Program-made: the position numbers and the translations under genes
Part shown: positions 1-9,762 of the stretch, in pieces
Layout: every line of letters begins with the position of its first letter
Position numbering within the stretch: position 1 is the stretch's first letter
The notes under the pieces: generated by a model
Database searches by the model: none
What the model was told of the DNA's origin: nothing
Seen by the model: the letters and a program-made list of their open reading frames with translations, nothing else
Origin: an uncultured Oscillospiraceae bacterium
Lineage (GTDB): Bacteria; Bacillota; Clostridia; Oscillospirales; Ruminococcaceae
Assembly: GCA_964368625.1 (NCBI GenBank)
Contig: CAYJBH010000013.1
Coordinates: 5,372 to 69,371, forward strand
Reading direction: 5' to 3'
DNA: 64,000 nucleotides

Positions 1-8
1 GAGAACAG

Positions 9-1637
9 ATGAAGCTTACATTTTTAGGCGCAGCCGGGATGGTTACCGGTAGTTGCACCCTTATTGAACACAACGACCTAAAGATTGTTGTTGACTGCGG
101 GATGTTTCAGGGTAGAGATCACGACCTTACTCAGACAATGCCTTGTCATGCATCTGATATCAATGCTATTATTCTTACTCACAGTCATATCGACCATTCA
201 GGTCATATACCAATGTTGGTTAAAAATGGCTTTCAGGGTGTTATCTATTCTACCTCAGCGAGTCGTCGATTAGCAGAGCTACTTCTTTATGACTGCGCAC
301 ACATACAGCAAACAGAAATGAACTGGAAAAATAAAAAGCTAATTCGCGCTGGTAAGCCACCTGAAGAGGCTATCTATGATCGTGAGGATGTTACACAAAC
401 GATGCGCCTTTTTAGTTCGGCGGAATATGGCGAGGTTATTGATGTTGGCGCTGATGTGACCTTAAAATTCTATGATGCCGGGCATCTATTGGGCTCTTCC
501 ATTGTTAGGATAGAGCTAACCGATACGAATGGTAAGCGTAGAGGGCTTGTATTCTCAGGAGATCTCGGAAACGACAGCCGTCCATTGCTTTGCGATCCCG
601 ATCATGTTACGGATGGAGACTGTGTTGTTATGGAGAGCACTTATGGTGCAAGAACACATGAGGGCCTTGATAACACCAAGGAAGAGCTTAAGAGTATTGT
701 TAACAGCACTTTTGCAAGAGGTGGCAAGGTTGTTATTCCTGCCTTTGCAGTGGGTCGCACACAGGAAATCTTATACCACCTACGTGAGCTGTTTGATGAG
801 GGTGCTTTTAGAGGATATGAACATTGCCCCGTATTTGTAGATAGTCCTATGGCTGTTGAGGCAACTAAACTGTTTGAAGAATATGCCGACAGCTATTTTG
901 ATGAAGATACGCGCTCTGTGCTTAGAAGAGGTGACGACCCGATCATCTTTGATCAATTGACCTTATCGGTCACAACAGAAGAATCGAGGCGAATTAATGC
1001 TTACAAAGGTTCCTGCATAATAATTTCAGCATCTGGAATGTGTGATGCAGGCCGAATAAAGCATCATCTCAAATATAATTTATTCAACTCGAAAAATAGT
1101 ATTGTGTTCGTTGGCTATCAAGCCGAAGGAACTCTTGGACGAAGATTACTTGAGGGAGCGAAAAAGGTAAATATCTTTGGTGAGACTGTATCTGTTAAGG
1201 CAATGATACGCAAAATTTCAGGAATTTCAGCCCATGCAGATCAACCGGCACTTGTTAAATGGATTTCACATTTTTCACCTTCACCCGCTACAATCTTCCT
1301 AAATCACGGTGATCCGGACTCCACCGAAGCATTATCGAAATTAGTTGAGGAGACTACTAAAGTTAAGCCGATTCAACCCAAAATTGGAGAAACCTTTGAA
1401 CTAGAATTTGCCGGTGATACACATGCTGTAGCTACCGAGGTAGCAGCGGTAGCTGATGTTCCTGCTAAGTCGGTTAAGGTTGAGGCTGACCGTGCACTGT
1501 CAAGACTATATGCAGTTGCAGGAAAGATTGGTTATTTGATAGAAACCGATCCTGAAGGCGAACACAAAGACATTATGCTTGCCGCTGAGAAGATAGAAGA
1601 AATTTGGAAAATACTAAAACAAAACGACATAGCTTAA
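9..1637 (+). CDS. beta-CASP family MBL-fold hydrolase (RNA-metabolising metallo-beta-lactamase, CPSF/RNase J-like)
   Basis: 542-aa ORF with the HxHxDH motif (THSHIDHSG), an N-terminal LGAAGMVTGSC strand and a beta-CASP-type central region. Upstream context is off-window. Confidence 0.8.
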   Translation: MKLTFLGAAGMVTGSCTLIEHNDLKIVVDCGMFQGRDHDLTQTMPCHASDINAIILTHSHIDHSGHIPMLVKNGFQGVIYSTSASRRLAELLLYDCAHIQQTEMNWKNKKLIRAGKPPEEAIYDREDVTQTMRLFSSAEYGEVIDVGADVTLKFYDAGHLLGSSIVRIELTDTNGKRRGLVFSGDLGNDSRPLLCDPDHVTDGDCVVMESTYGARTHEGLDNTKEELKSIVNSTFARGGKVVIPAFAVGRTQEILYHLRELFDEGAFRGYEHCPVFVDSPMAVEATKLFEEYADSYFDEDTRSVLRRGDDPIIFDQLTLSVTTEESRRINAYKGSCIIISASGMCDAGRIKHHLKYNLFNSKNSIVFVGYQAEGTLGRRLLEGAKKVNIFGETVSVKAMIRKISGISAHADQPALVKWISHFSPSPATIFLNHGDPDSTEALSKLVEETTKVKPIQPKIGETFELEFAGDTHAVATEVAAVADVPAKSVKVEADRALSRLYAVAGKIGYLIETDPEGEHKDIMLAAEKIEEIWKILKQNDIA

Positions 1638-1652
1638 TATCAGAGGAGTAAT

Positions 1653-2255
1653 ATGATAGCGATTATAGATTACCTAGCCGGAAACGCACCGAGCGTGCTT
1701 TCGGCTGTAAATCATCTTGGATTTGACGGAAGATTGATATCCTCACCGGATCAACTAAATGGAGCTACAAGGATTATTTTACCCGGAGTAGGGAGTGCGG
1801 GCGCAACCATGCAGTCGTTAAAGGATGCAGGATTTATTGAGCCACTAACAAGTAGTGTTATGGAAAAAAAGATTCCATTTTTAGGTGTTTGCGTTGGAAT
1901 GCAAATACTTTTTGAACATAGTGAAGAGGAAGATGCATCATGCTTAGGTTGGATAAAAGGTGATGTGATAAAATTTGACCAAAATGGTCTGAGAGTTCCG
2001 CAGATGGGTTGGAATCTAGTTGAGTTTAAGAAAGCCGTACCTTTTAATGCAGTTGATGATTATTTTTATTTTGTTAACTCCTATCATGTTAGACCTAAAG
2101 AAGATGTTAGCTGGGGAACAACAGAGTATGGAGAAATCTTTACATCGGCAGTTAATAAGGCTAATATATTTGGAACGCAGTTTCATATAGAAAAGAGTGG
2201 TGAAGCCGGTTTAAATCTTTTAAAAGGTTTTATTGAGGGAGGTGCAGGATGCTAA
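1653..2255 (+). CDS. hisH: imidazole glycerol phosphate synthase HisH-like glutamine amidotransferase subunit
   Basis: 200 aa, class-I GATase with nucleophile elbow GVCVGMQ and C-terminal FHIEKS. GAGGAG RBS 6 nt upstream. Overlaps the next ORF by 7 nt. Confidence 0.85.
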   Translation: MIAIIDYLAGNAPSVLSAVNHLGFDGRLISSPDQLNGATRIILPGVGSAGATMQSLKDAGFIEPLTSSVMEKKIPFLGVCVGMQILFEHSEEEDASCLGWIKGDVIKFDQNGLRVPQMGWNLVEFKKAVPFNAVDDYFYFVNSYHVRPKEDVSWGTTEYGEIFTSAVNKANIFGTQFHIEKSGEAGLNLLKGFIEGGAGC

Positions 2256-3040
2256 CACGTCGTCTTATCGCATGTTTTGACGTAGTAAATGGCAACGTTA
2301 CTAAGGCACAACAATTTGAAGACAATATTCATGTAGCGCCAGCACAGGAGCTTGCAGAAAAGGTATACGCCAACGGCATTGACGAGCTTGTATTCTATGA
2401 TATAAAGGCTAGTGCAGAAAAGAGAAGAATAGATATTGAAATGGTAAAAAAGGTAGCTAGGAAGGTTTTTATACCATTTACTGTTGGCGGCGGAATCAAA
2501 AATCTCGACGATATGTATATGACACTAAAAGCCGGTGCGGAAAAAATAAGCATTGATTCTATGGCTGTGCGTAATCCTGATATAATAACTGAAGGGGCCA
2601 AAGCTTTTGGTTCACAATGCATAGTATTGTCCACTCAGGTCAAAAAGGTTGAAGTGAGCGAGAAGATACCAAGTGGATACGAAGTTTTTATAGATGGTGC
2701 ACGACTAGCTACAGGTCTTGATGCACTTGAGTGGGTAAAGCGAGGTGAGGAACTCGGAGCCGGTGAGGTTTGCCTTAACAGTATTGATAACGATGGCATG
2801 GTTGGAGGCTACGAGATGGAGATAACCAAGCTTGCAGCAGAGAGCTTAAATATACCACTCATTGCATCTGGCGGCGCAGGAAAGCCAGAACATCTTGAAC
2901 ATCTTTTTTTAAACTGTCATGCACAGGCAGCAATTATGAGTAGTATGTTGTATTCGCCAAGGCTTGAAAAGAATTATACGGTGGCAGAGGTAAAGGAATA
3001 TTTAATTAAATGTGGCATACCGATGAGGCCACATTCGTAA
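2249..3040 (+). CDS. hisF: imidazole glycerol phosphate synthase HisF-like cyclase subunit
   Basis: 263 aa with RLIACFDV N-terminus, FTVGGGI and ASGGAG phosphate-binding motifs of the HisA/HisF barrel. Translationally coupled to hisH. Confidence 0.85.
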   Translation: MLTRRLIACFDVVNGNVTKAQQFEDNIHVAPAQELAEKVYANGIDELVFYDIKASAEKRRIDIEMVKKVARKVFIPFTVGGGIKNLDDMYMTLKAGAEKISIDSMAVRNPDIITEGAKAFGSQCIVLSTQVKKVEVSEKIPSGYEVFIDGARLATGLDALEWVKRGEELGAGEVCLNSIDNDGMVGGYEMEITKLAAESLNIPLIASGGAGKPEHLEHLFLNCHAQAAIMSSMLYSPRLEKNYTVAEVKEYLIKCGIPMRPHS

Positions 3041-3067
3041 TCTTGAAACAAATTAAGAGGATTATAA

Positions 3068-3775
3068 ATGATATATAAAAGAATAGGCGTGATAGGCGCA
3101 CTGGAAAAAGAAATCCAGCTTACCGTTTCACATATGAATAGTGTAGCTGTTAGCAAGGTTGGAGGTGTAGAATTTCACACCGGAAACTGTAAAGGTGTAG
3201 AGCTTGTCGTTTGTTGTGCCGGTATGGGAAAAGCTGCCGCTGCCGCTGCTACACAGCTACTGTGCAGCCATTTTTCGTGTAATGCAGTTATTTTTAGTGG
3301 AATTGCTGGTAACATGAGCGGAAAGGTTGGAATAAATGAGGTAGTTTTAGGGGAATCGGTTTTCTATCATGATGCCGAGATTGAGATGTTGGCACAGTCG
3401 TATCCGCATTTAAAAGCCTACACTGCTGACAGTGCACTTATTTCTGCAGCCGATAAGGCCTGCGCTTTAATTGGTGTTAAACACATATGTGGAAGTATAG
3501 CTACAGGTGATCTGTTTGTTGGAAGTAACAAGTTAAAGGCGGATATACGCACACGTTGCAACCCTGATTGTGTTGAAATGGAGGGCGCATCTATAAGTCA
3601 TATTGCCGCAAAAAATAATATCCCATGCCTAATAATTCGTAGTATTAGTGATAACGCAGACGATATTGCCGGTGAAGAAGTGGCGGGTAATGATAAATTT
3701 GATGTAACAGAATTTTGTGAAACAGCATCATCAATACTGTTAAGAACTATAACAATAGTAAATAATATTACATAA
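3068..3775 (+). CDS. mtnN: 5'-methylthioadenosine/S-adenosylhomocysteine nucleosidase
   Basis: 235 aa with IGVIGALEKE N-terminus, GMGKAAAA, VEMEGASI and RSISDNAD motifs typical of Pfs/MtnN. Confidence 0.85.
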   Translation: MIYKRIGVIGALEKEIQLTVSHMNSVAVSKVGGVEFHTGNCKGVELVVCCAGMGKAAAAAATQLLCSHFSCNAVIFSGIAGNMSGKVGINEVVLGESVFYHDAEIEMLAQSYPHLKAYTADSALISAADKACALIGVKHICGSIATGDLFVGSNKLKADIRTRCNPDCVEMEGASISHIAAKNNIPCLIIRSISDNADDIAGEEVAGNDKFDVTEFCETASSILLRTITIVNNIT

Positions 3776-3826
3776 AGTAATATAACCTTGTCGAAAAAAT
3801 GTGATGTCTACAAGAAAAAACAATTA

Positions 3827-3855
3827 TTGACAAACGTATTTACTTATTGTATACT
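3827..3855 (+). promoter_or_regulatory. sigmaA-type promoter for the muramidase gene
   Basis: TTGACA (3827-3832), 17-nt spacer, TATACT (3850-3855), about 32 nt upstream of the ATG at 3888. Confidence 0.6.
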
Positions 3856-3887
3856 AACTATATAATTATTACAAACAAGGGGAAGTA

Positions 3888-6242
3888 ATGCGATTTGTAA
3901 AGGGCGATAAAAAAGTACCTTTTTACGAAAATAACAAAGCAGTTGATAAAAATAAAGGTAATCTGAATGCTAACGTGCAGGGATCGGATTCTATAGATAA
4001 AAGACCAAATAGCCAGAAATACAGACCAACTACAACAAAAGCAGATGGTATAATATATACAGCAAAGCCTGGATCTGTTACCGATGTACTTAATCTTGTA
4101 AAATCAGACAAGCTAAGTAGCGGTGGTGCTACCGTGGCTGTATTTGATGCCGAAAAACCGCAGATAACAGGCGAGCCTATTAAGGAAGAGAAGATTACTT
4201 TACCAACTGAACCTGTAGTAAAGAATTCGTTTTCAGATAGATTAAAGGTTTTGGACGAAATTGCACCGCTACCGGAGGCTAGAGCAAAAAAATCAAGAAA
4301 GATAAAGTCTGAAAAAAATAAAGGTAAAGGTAAAGGTAAATCGAGAGTTGCCGTTATCTCCTCGGTAGTAGGATTATCATTAATCATCATAGCAACATCA
4401 GTTTATGGGTTCCTGTATTTTAATGAACTAATCCCTGTAAATCTTCTTGATAATGTATCGGCAACAGAAAACATAACAGAGCATGAAGAATTGATACTAC
4501 TTCCCATGGGCTCGCCGGTAACGGAATATGAGCTGTTAAGCGCGAATATAGAAAATTCTACTGCTACGGCACTAGAGCTTTCGCTTGCTTCTGCTAAAGA
4601 CTTGCTTGAAATAAGAGTTGTTGACTCAAGCGGTCAATTAGTGGAAGGTCTTCCACTTGAGGTTACCATAGTAGATCCGGAGGGAGATAGTAATTCCTAT
4701 GATATAGGAGACAACGGTTCTTTGGAGTTAGATGAACTTGAGATAGAGGGTCGATATGCCGTTATTCTTCATCCGGTTGAAGGATATCCAATTGTAGAAC
4801 CTAAATTCATAAATATTAAACTTGAAATAGACACGACACCAATTGATGCAGAAACATTAAAGGATATAGTTAAAGACGAGTCAGAGGTTGATGTTTCCAA
4901 GGAAGATTCTCTGTATAACGGATCTTCATCCGCAGATTCTGATGGAACAGCCCCGGCCCCGGCAACTGTTATAACACCTGTTCCTTCGGATAAAGACGGC
5001 ACTACCGAAACCGTAGGAGCGGAAACATACTATCTCCCTAAAGATGGTGTAAAGACTTTTACCATTACAGATGGCGAGCATTCCGGTGATTACATTTTTA
5101 CACTAGACGGTAATGGTAGGATTATTGGTGCAGTAAAAGTGGTCCCTGTGACCGCATCAGTCAATACATTGTCCGGTGAATATTCTACTTTTAATTTTAT
5201 ATCATCATTGTTTATTAACACAAATAATACTGTAGATACTACGAGTGGCAGCCGTACATCGGTTACTGATAGTTCACTCTCTCTACCCGGTTCATCTTCG
5301 GAAGTGATAAGTAGCAGCTCTTCTGCTTCAACCCCTTCTTCTTCCAGCGAGAGTACAGACAGTGGCAGCTCAAGTGGAGATGATAATCAACAGCCAACAA
5401 CCACCGAGACGGTTTCTAACAGTATATTATTCAGTGGCTCGGGGAACAATCTTTTAATGCGAGAGCCATTTAGTGGCTTTGCAGTAAAATATGAAAGCGT
5501 TGGAGAGACTATTTATTATGGATGGCACACTATAAATGGTGATGAGTATTATTATGATGTTAACGGTAATATTATTACCGGATATGTTTCAATAAATGGA
5601 GTTTTTTATACCTTTTCATCTGACGGTAAGTTACAAAAGAGCATAACTGATGGAATAGATGTTTCTAAGTATCAACCGAACATCGATTGGAATGCAGTAA
5701 AGGCAAGCGGAATTGACTTTGCTATTATAAGGGTAGGATATCGTGGTTATTCATATGGAACCTTGGTAGAAGATCCATACTATAGACAGCACATAGAGGG
5801 AGCTATTAATGCTGGCTTAAAGGTTGGAATTTATATTTATTCTCAGGCAATAACAGTTCAGGAAGCTATAGAGGAGGCAAGTTTTTGTCTTCAGATGACC
5901 AGTGGCTATACTCTTGAATATGGCATTACATTTGATACCGAATATGAAGCCAACGGAGGTAGAGCAAATAGCCTTTCAACTGCTCTTAGAACCGAGATAG
6001 CCAACACATTCTGTGATACTATTCGCCAGGGTGGCAGAGTACCTATGATTTATTCAAATAAGTCTTGGCTTTTAAACCAACTTGACTATACAGCTATCGA
6101 CCATAACAGAATATGGCTTGCACATTATACAGCACAAACCGATTTTGCCTATCGTTATGACATTTGGCAGTACACAAGTACCGGAAATGTAGCCGGTATA
6201 TCCGGAAACTGTGACATGAACTTTAGTTACATAATTCCTTAA
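3888..6242 (+). CDS. membrane-anchored GH25 muramidase (lysozyme) with cell-wall-binding repeats
   Basis: 784 aa. Basic N-terminus with KGKGKGK, one TM helix (VAVISSVVGLSLIIIATSVYGFLYF), a long uncharacterised ectodomain and a Ser-rich linker. YYGWHTINGDEYYYDVNGN / GYVSINGVFYTFSSDGKL are CW_binding_1-like repeats. C-terminal GIDVSKYQPNIDWNAVKASGIDFAIIRVGYRG is a GH25 signature. Confidence 0.8.
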   Translation: MRFVKGDKKVPFYENNKAVDKNKGNLNANVQGSDSIDKRPNSQKYRPTTTKADGIIYTAKPGSVTDVLNLVKSDKLSSGGATVAVFDAEKPQITGEPIKEEKITLPTEPVVKNSFSDRLKVLDEIAPLPEARAKKSRKIKSEKNKGKGKGKSRVAVISSVVGLSLIIIATSVYGFLYFNELIPVNLLDNVSATENITEHEELILLPMGSPVTEYELLSANIENSTATALELSLASAKDLLEIRVVDSSGQLVEGLPLEVTIVDPEGDSNSYDIGDNGSLELDELEIEGRYAVILHPVEGYPIVEPKFINIKLEIDTTPIDAETLKDIVKDESEVDVSKEDSLYNGSSSADSDGTAPAPATVITPVPSDKDGTTETVGAETYYLPKDGVKTFTITDGEHSGDYIFTLDGNGRIIGAVKVVPVTASVNTLSGEYSTFNFISSLFINTNNTVDTTSGSRTSVTDSSLSLPGSSSEVISSSSSASTPSSSSESTDSGSSSGDDNQQPTTTETVSNSILFSGSGNNLLMREPFSGFAVKYESVGETIYYGWHTINGDEYYYDVNGNIITGYVSINGVFYTFSSDGKLQKSITDGIDVSKYQPNIDWNAVKASGIDFAIIRVGYRGYSYGTLVEDPYYRQHIEGAINAGLKVGIYIYSQAITVQEAIEEASFCLQMTSGYTLEYGITFDTEYEANGGRANSLSTALRTEIANTFCDTIRQGGRVPMIYSNKSWLLNQLDYTAIDHNRIWLAHYTAQTDFAYRYDIWQYTSTGNVAGISGNCDMNFSYIIP

Positions 6243-7423
6243 AACATTTTATCTAGGTTATGATTTGTATGCTTAATGCGTTTTAACATTAGCTCATATA
6301 TTGAAATCATTGTAATAAGTATTATGCCGTTAAATACTGGATAAAGGTCAAAACCTATTGTTCTACCAACAACTCCAAATAGTGCAGGCATAGCAAGAAT
6401 TCCAACATAGGCAGATGCCATCTGAACACCGGTTACCGCCTGAACATTCTTAGCCCCAAAGTTCTCTGGGGCAGAATGTATTATACACGGGAAAACAGGT
6501 GCTGAACCTAGCCCTATCAGTGAGAGTCCAACCAGAGCAACAACGCCACCAAGTGGTAGCAACAAGACAATTACGCCAAGAACCATTATGGTAGCTCCGG
6601 CTCGAATCATCTGTTTATCATTATATTTCATTGCAATAAAGCCACAGATACCACGCCCTATCGTAATCCCAAGATAGTAGAGTGCGGAAAATCCGGCAGC
6701 AATTTCGGGATCAAAGCCGCGATTGAAAACAAGATAACTCCCTGCCCACATGCCAACGGTACTTTCCACTGCACAAAAACAAAAAAATGCCACTGCAATA
6801 TAACTTACTCCCGGTATCTTAAAAATCTCCTTTAATGAGGGAGATTTTTTATTTTTATCGGCATTAAACTTTAAAGATTTTATTCTCCATGCTTTACTGC
6901 TAATAAAAATAATTGTAGCAAGGAAAGTCTGAATTGTGAAAAGAATAATATATCCAAGTCTAAACGTTTGTCCGCCGGTGAGCGCCATTCCCATTATGTA
7001 GGGCCCAAGAGTAGCCCCCACTCCCCACATGCAATGTAGCCAGCTCATATGCTTGCTTTGAAAATTAACTGCAACAAAGCTATTTAAGGTAACATCTACA
7101 CATCCTGCACCTAAGCCATAAGGTATTGCCCAAAGGCATATAAATAGGAATGATGGTGCAGATGAAAAACCGAAAAGTGATACTGCAGTTGTAAATATGC
7201 TAAAAGTTACAACTTTATGGACTCCTATGATGTTTATAATACGTCCTGCATTTAGGCTTGATATAATTGTACCTGCAGAAATAATTATAGTAACAATACC
7301 CATGTTGGAGATTGAAGTGTTAAATTCCTCACTTATCACCGGCCATGCTGAACCTAAAACAGCATCAGGAAGTCCTAGGCTTATAAAGGATATGTATATA
7401 AGTGCTAGCAGTAATCCAATCAT
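6239..7423 (-). CDS. MFS transporter
   Basis: 394 aa, about 12 predicted TM segments with a central basic loop. 4-nt overlap with the upstream ltaS-like gene. Confidence 0.75.
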   Translation of the reverse strand: MIGLLLALIYISFISLGLPDAVLGSAWPVISEEFNTSISNMGIVTIIISAGTIISSLNAGRIINIIGVHKVVTFSIFTTAVSLFGFSSAPSFLFICLWAIPYGLGAGCVDVTLNSFVAVNFQSKHMSWLHCMWGVGATLGPYIMGMALTGGQTFRLGYIILFTIQTFLATIIFISSKAWRIKSLKFNADKNKKSPSLKEIFKIPGVSYIAVAFFCFCAVESTVGMWAGSYLVFNRGFDPEIAAGFSALYYLGITIGRGICGFIAMKYNDKQMIRAGATIMVLGVIVLLLPLGGVVALVGLSLIGLGSAPVFPCIIHSAPENFGAKNVQAVTGVQMASAYVGILAMPALFGVVGRTIGFDLYPVFNGIILITMISIYELMLKRIKHTNHNLDKMF

Positions 7424-9357
7424 AAAACGCCTTCAATTTCTAATAAGTATTCATTTCCAAATAATAAATCATATTGAAGCATAGAATGGTTGTAAAGCAG
7501 GCTATTTTGTTCCATGGTTCTCTCACGAGTAAAGCTGTCATCATTAAAGAACAGGACGCCTTTATTGTTTGCGGTATAATAGTTAAGTTGTTGTAGCAAA
7601 AGGTCGTAAAATAATGGAGTTTCCATCGAATAAAGCTCTAACATTACAGCAGGTATGTTATAGGTAGATAATACACCTAGATCAATTTTGGTGTTTTCTT
7701 TGTTGCTCCAAATTAGTAGCGGAAGTTTATAAAGATTAGGATCGGTGGTGTCACCAGCTTCTATATACCCGGTGTCCTCAAATATTCCATAGCCATTCGA
7801 CATGGGGTTTAGATGATCGCCCCAAAATACCACAATGGTAGGCTTATCTATGGACAAGAGATAATCTGTAAGCTTTCCAAGTGCACTATCCATTTCACTA
7901 ATTCCCGTTGCACAGTCGCTTAACTCTCCAAGAATATTTTCGCTGATATTTCCGACATTATCGGTTACACTAACCAGCTCATTGCTTGGGTAGGAATCAG
8001 GGGAATAGGTAGTATGATTTTGCATCGTTACTGCATGGATGAAGAGGGAGGTGTCATCAGTTGAACGGTTTTGTTGTTCTAAGATTATTCGATCAATCAT
8101 TGCATCGTCGGATATAAATCCACGTCGACGTGTAGCATCAGACATCTGTTCTTCGGCAATAAATGTGTCGATACCAAGGCGTGGATAAGCAACATCACGA
8201 TTCCAAAAGCGTTCGCCATAGCCATGTATAGCCATTGTTTCGTAACCATCATTCTTTAATAACCATGGAAGCGAGAAAATATCATTGTTAATATATTGCT
8301 GAAAGGGTTTGCTACCGGAAGGTAAGAATTCCATCGAAAATCCGGTTAACGCCTCAAACTCTACATCACATGTTCCGCCACCATAGCTTGGCGAATATGC
8401 CCAACCACTTGCAGCCTCCTCGGCTAAACGATTAAAGTTTGGCATAAGCTCTCTGTCATAAGTAATGCCATGAAGTTCCTCCATATCCCAAAATCCCTCT
8501 GCCATTATGAATATTATGTCTGGCTGTGTTCCTTCAGAAAAATCTGAGTTATTATTTTCAGCATAGATAAATGACAGATTGCTTTGTTCAATTTGGTTTG
8601 CAATGTCCTGAACAGTATCCTTATCATAGTCGCTTGGTCTATCTATATTAAGAAGTGGAACGTTTGTTAAAAAACCTGAAATAGCACCATAATATCGATA
8701 GTACCTATCCTGCATCCACATATCCGGAATAATTCCCAGTGCAAGAGTAGCTGTTGAATTAAAAAAAACAAAAAATAGAAAAGCAAGAGTAGCCACGGCA
8801 GAGATAACAGAGAAAACAATTCTTTTAACAATACCAAGGTTGATATTATTAAAGGCTAAACGCTTGGCTAAATAAGAAAGAGTTAAAATAAATGAATAAA
8901 TTAATATAGTTACTATCATGGACGGTTGAACCTGCAATGTAACCTCATCAGCAATTCCTATCAACTCATCAATCTGAAGTAAATCCCAAGGCAACAAGGG
9001 CTCATTACGCATCGAGAGTTTGAAGAAGGTAGCTGTGCCAATAAGATTACCAAATAGTCCAACAAAAACAATAGCAGGCCAATGTCTGTTTGTAATCAAC
9101 AATAAACTAATATATGTAAAAAAAAGCAGAAGGAAGGAAATAAAAAAGCTTAAAAAATTGTGTTTTATAGCATCAGCAAAAACTAAAGCAGGCCCCTGTG
9201 ATAACAAGCTACCTCGTGCATTCCACTCGGTGGTAAGTATTGTGATAACAGGAACTAAGAAGCAAAAGGCAGCATGAATAATAACACCAACCCAATTAGT
9301 GGGTTGAGGGTTTGAGCCAACATTGTCTTTTCTGTATGTGAAAGTAAATTTGTTCAT
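7420..9357 (-). CDS. LTA synthase family protein (membrane sulfatase-fold phosphoglycerol transferase)
   Basis: 645 aa. N-terminal multi-TM region followed by an extracellular sulfatase/alkaline-phosphatase-fold domain (IIFIMAEGFWD, GGGTCDVEFEALTG, HAVTMQNH). Confidence 0.75.
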   Translation of the reverse strand: MNKFTFTYRKDNVGSNPQPTNWVGVIIHAAFCFLVPVITILTTEWNARGSLLSQGPALVFADAIKHNFLSFFISFLLLFFTYISLLLITNRHWPAIVFVGLFGNLIGTATFFKLSMRNEPLLPWDLLQIDELIGIADEVTLQVQPSMIVTILIYSFILTLSYLAKRLAFNNINLGIVKRIVFSVISAVATLAFLFFVFFNSTATLALGIIPDMWMQDRYYRYYGAISGFLTNVPLLNIDRPSDYDKDTVQDIANQIEQSNLSFIYAENNNSDFSEGTQPDIIFIMAEGFWDMEELHGITYDRELMPNFNRLAEEAASGWAYSPSYGGGTCDVEFEALTGFSMEFLPSGSKPFQQYINNDIFSLPWLLKNDGYETMAIHGYGERFWNRDVAYPRLGIDTFIAEEQMSDATRRRGFISDDAMIDRIILEQQNRSTDDTSLFIHAVTMQNHTTYSPDSYPSNELVSVTDNVGNISENILGELSDCATGISEMDSALGKLTDYLLSIDKPTIVVFWGDHLNPMSNGYGIFEDTGYIEAGDTTDPNLYKLPLLIWSNKENTKIDLGVLSTYNIPAVMLELYSMETPLFYDLLLQQLNYYTANNKGVLFFNDDSFTRERTMEQNSLLYNHSMLQYDLLFGNEYLLEIEGVL

Positions 9358-9762
9358 TTATTAAATTCTTTAACCATGTATGTGTATTTACGTAGCATAA
9401 TTCCTAATAGCACAAATGAAGTACCAGAAAAAAAGCTTGCAAGCGATAAAAAAGTTAAAACGCTATTATTGATAAAAGGATTATATGATTGCGAATAAAA
9501 TAGCCATAATTAAGTACATAAAAGAAGATGCAACTATTATAATAAAGATGGTTGCATCGTTTCATAACATATTAGAATTATTATGAGTGCTGTAAACCGA
9601 TATAACTTGATAGGCTGGTATCTCAAATATAGTATCGTAGATAGTGCCATAATTTTTTATATATAACTCTCTTCTTAATAATATGCCGCAACCATTAAAA
9701 TAATTATAGTGATCGCAGTTATGTCTATTACAAACAAGCATATAAAATATGCCTATAGCCAC
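9354..9762 (-). pseudogene. possible decayed small membrane-protein gene between perM-like and ltaS-like genes
   Basis: The 66-aa ORF (9562-9762) starts 10 nt inside the upstream gene end. After its TGA the same frame stays hydrophobic (NDATIFIIIVASSFMYLIMAILFAII). A second frame (9354-9509, ...SVLTFLSLASFFSGTSFVLLGIMLRKYTYMVKEFNK) ends in an ATGA overlap with the ltaS-like start but has no usable start codon. Confidence 0.3.

Noticed and set aside
4311-4331. AAAGGT x3 micro-repeat (KGKGKGK) in the muramidase N-terminus.
   Set aside because: It is a very short in-frame repeat in a basic cytoplasmic tail and is not noteworthy on its own.
3923-4390. 155-aa antisense ORF within the muramidase gene.
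   Set aside because: It is nested opposite a gene with clear domain signatures, and has no RBS and no recognisable motif.
9562-9564. TGA read as a sense codon (alternative genetic code) to rescue the broken ORF upstream of ltaS.
   Set aside because: Other genes in the window are well explained by the standard code, and a frameshift would still be needed. Pseudogenisation or sequencing error is simpler.
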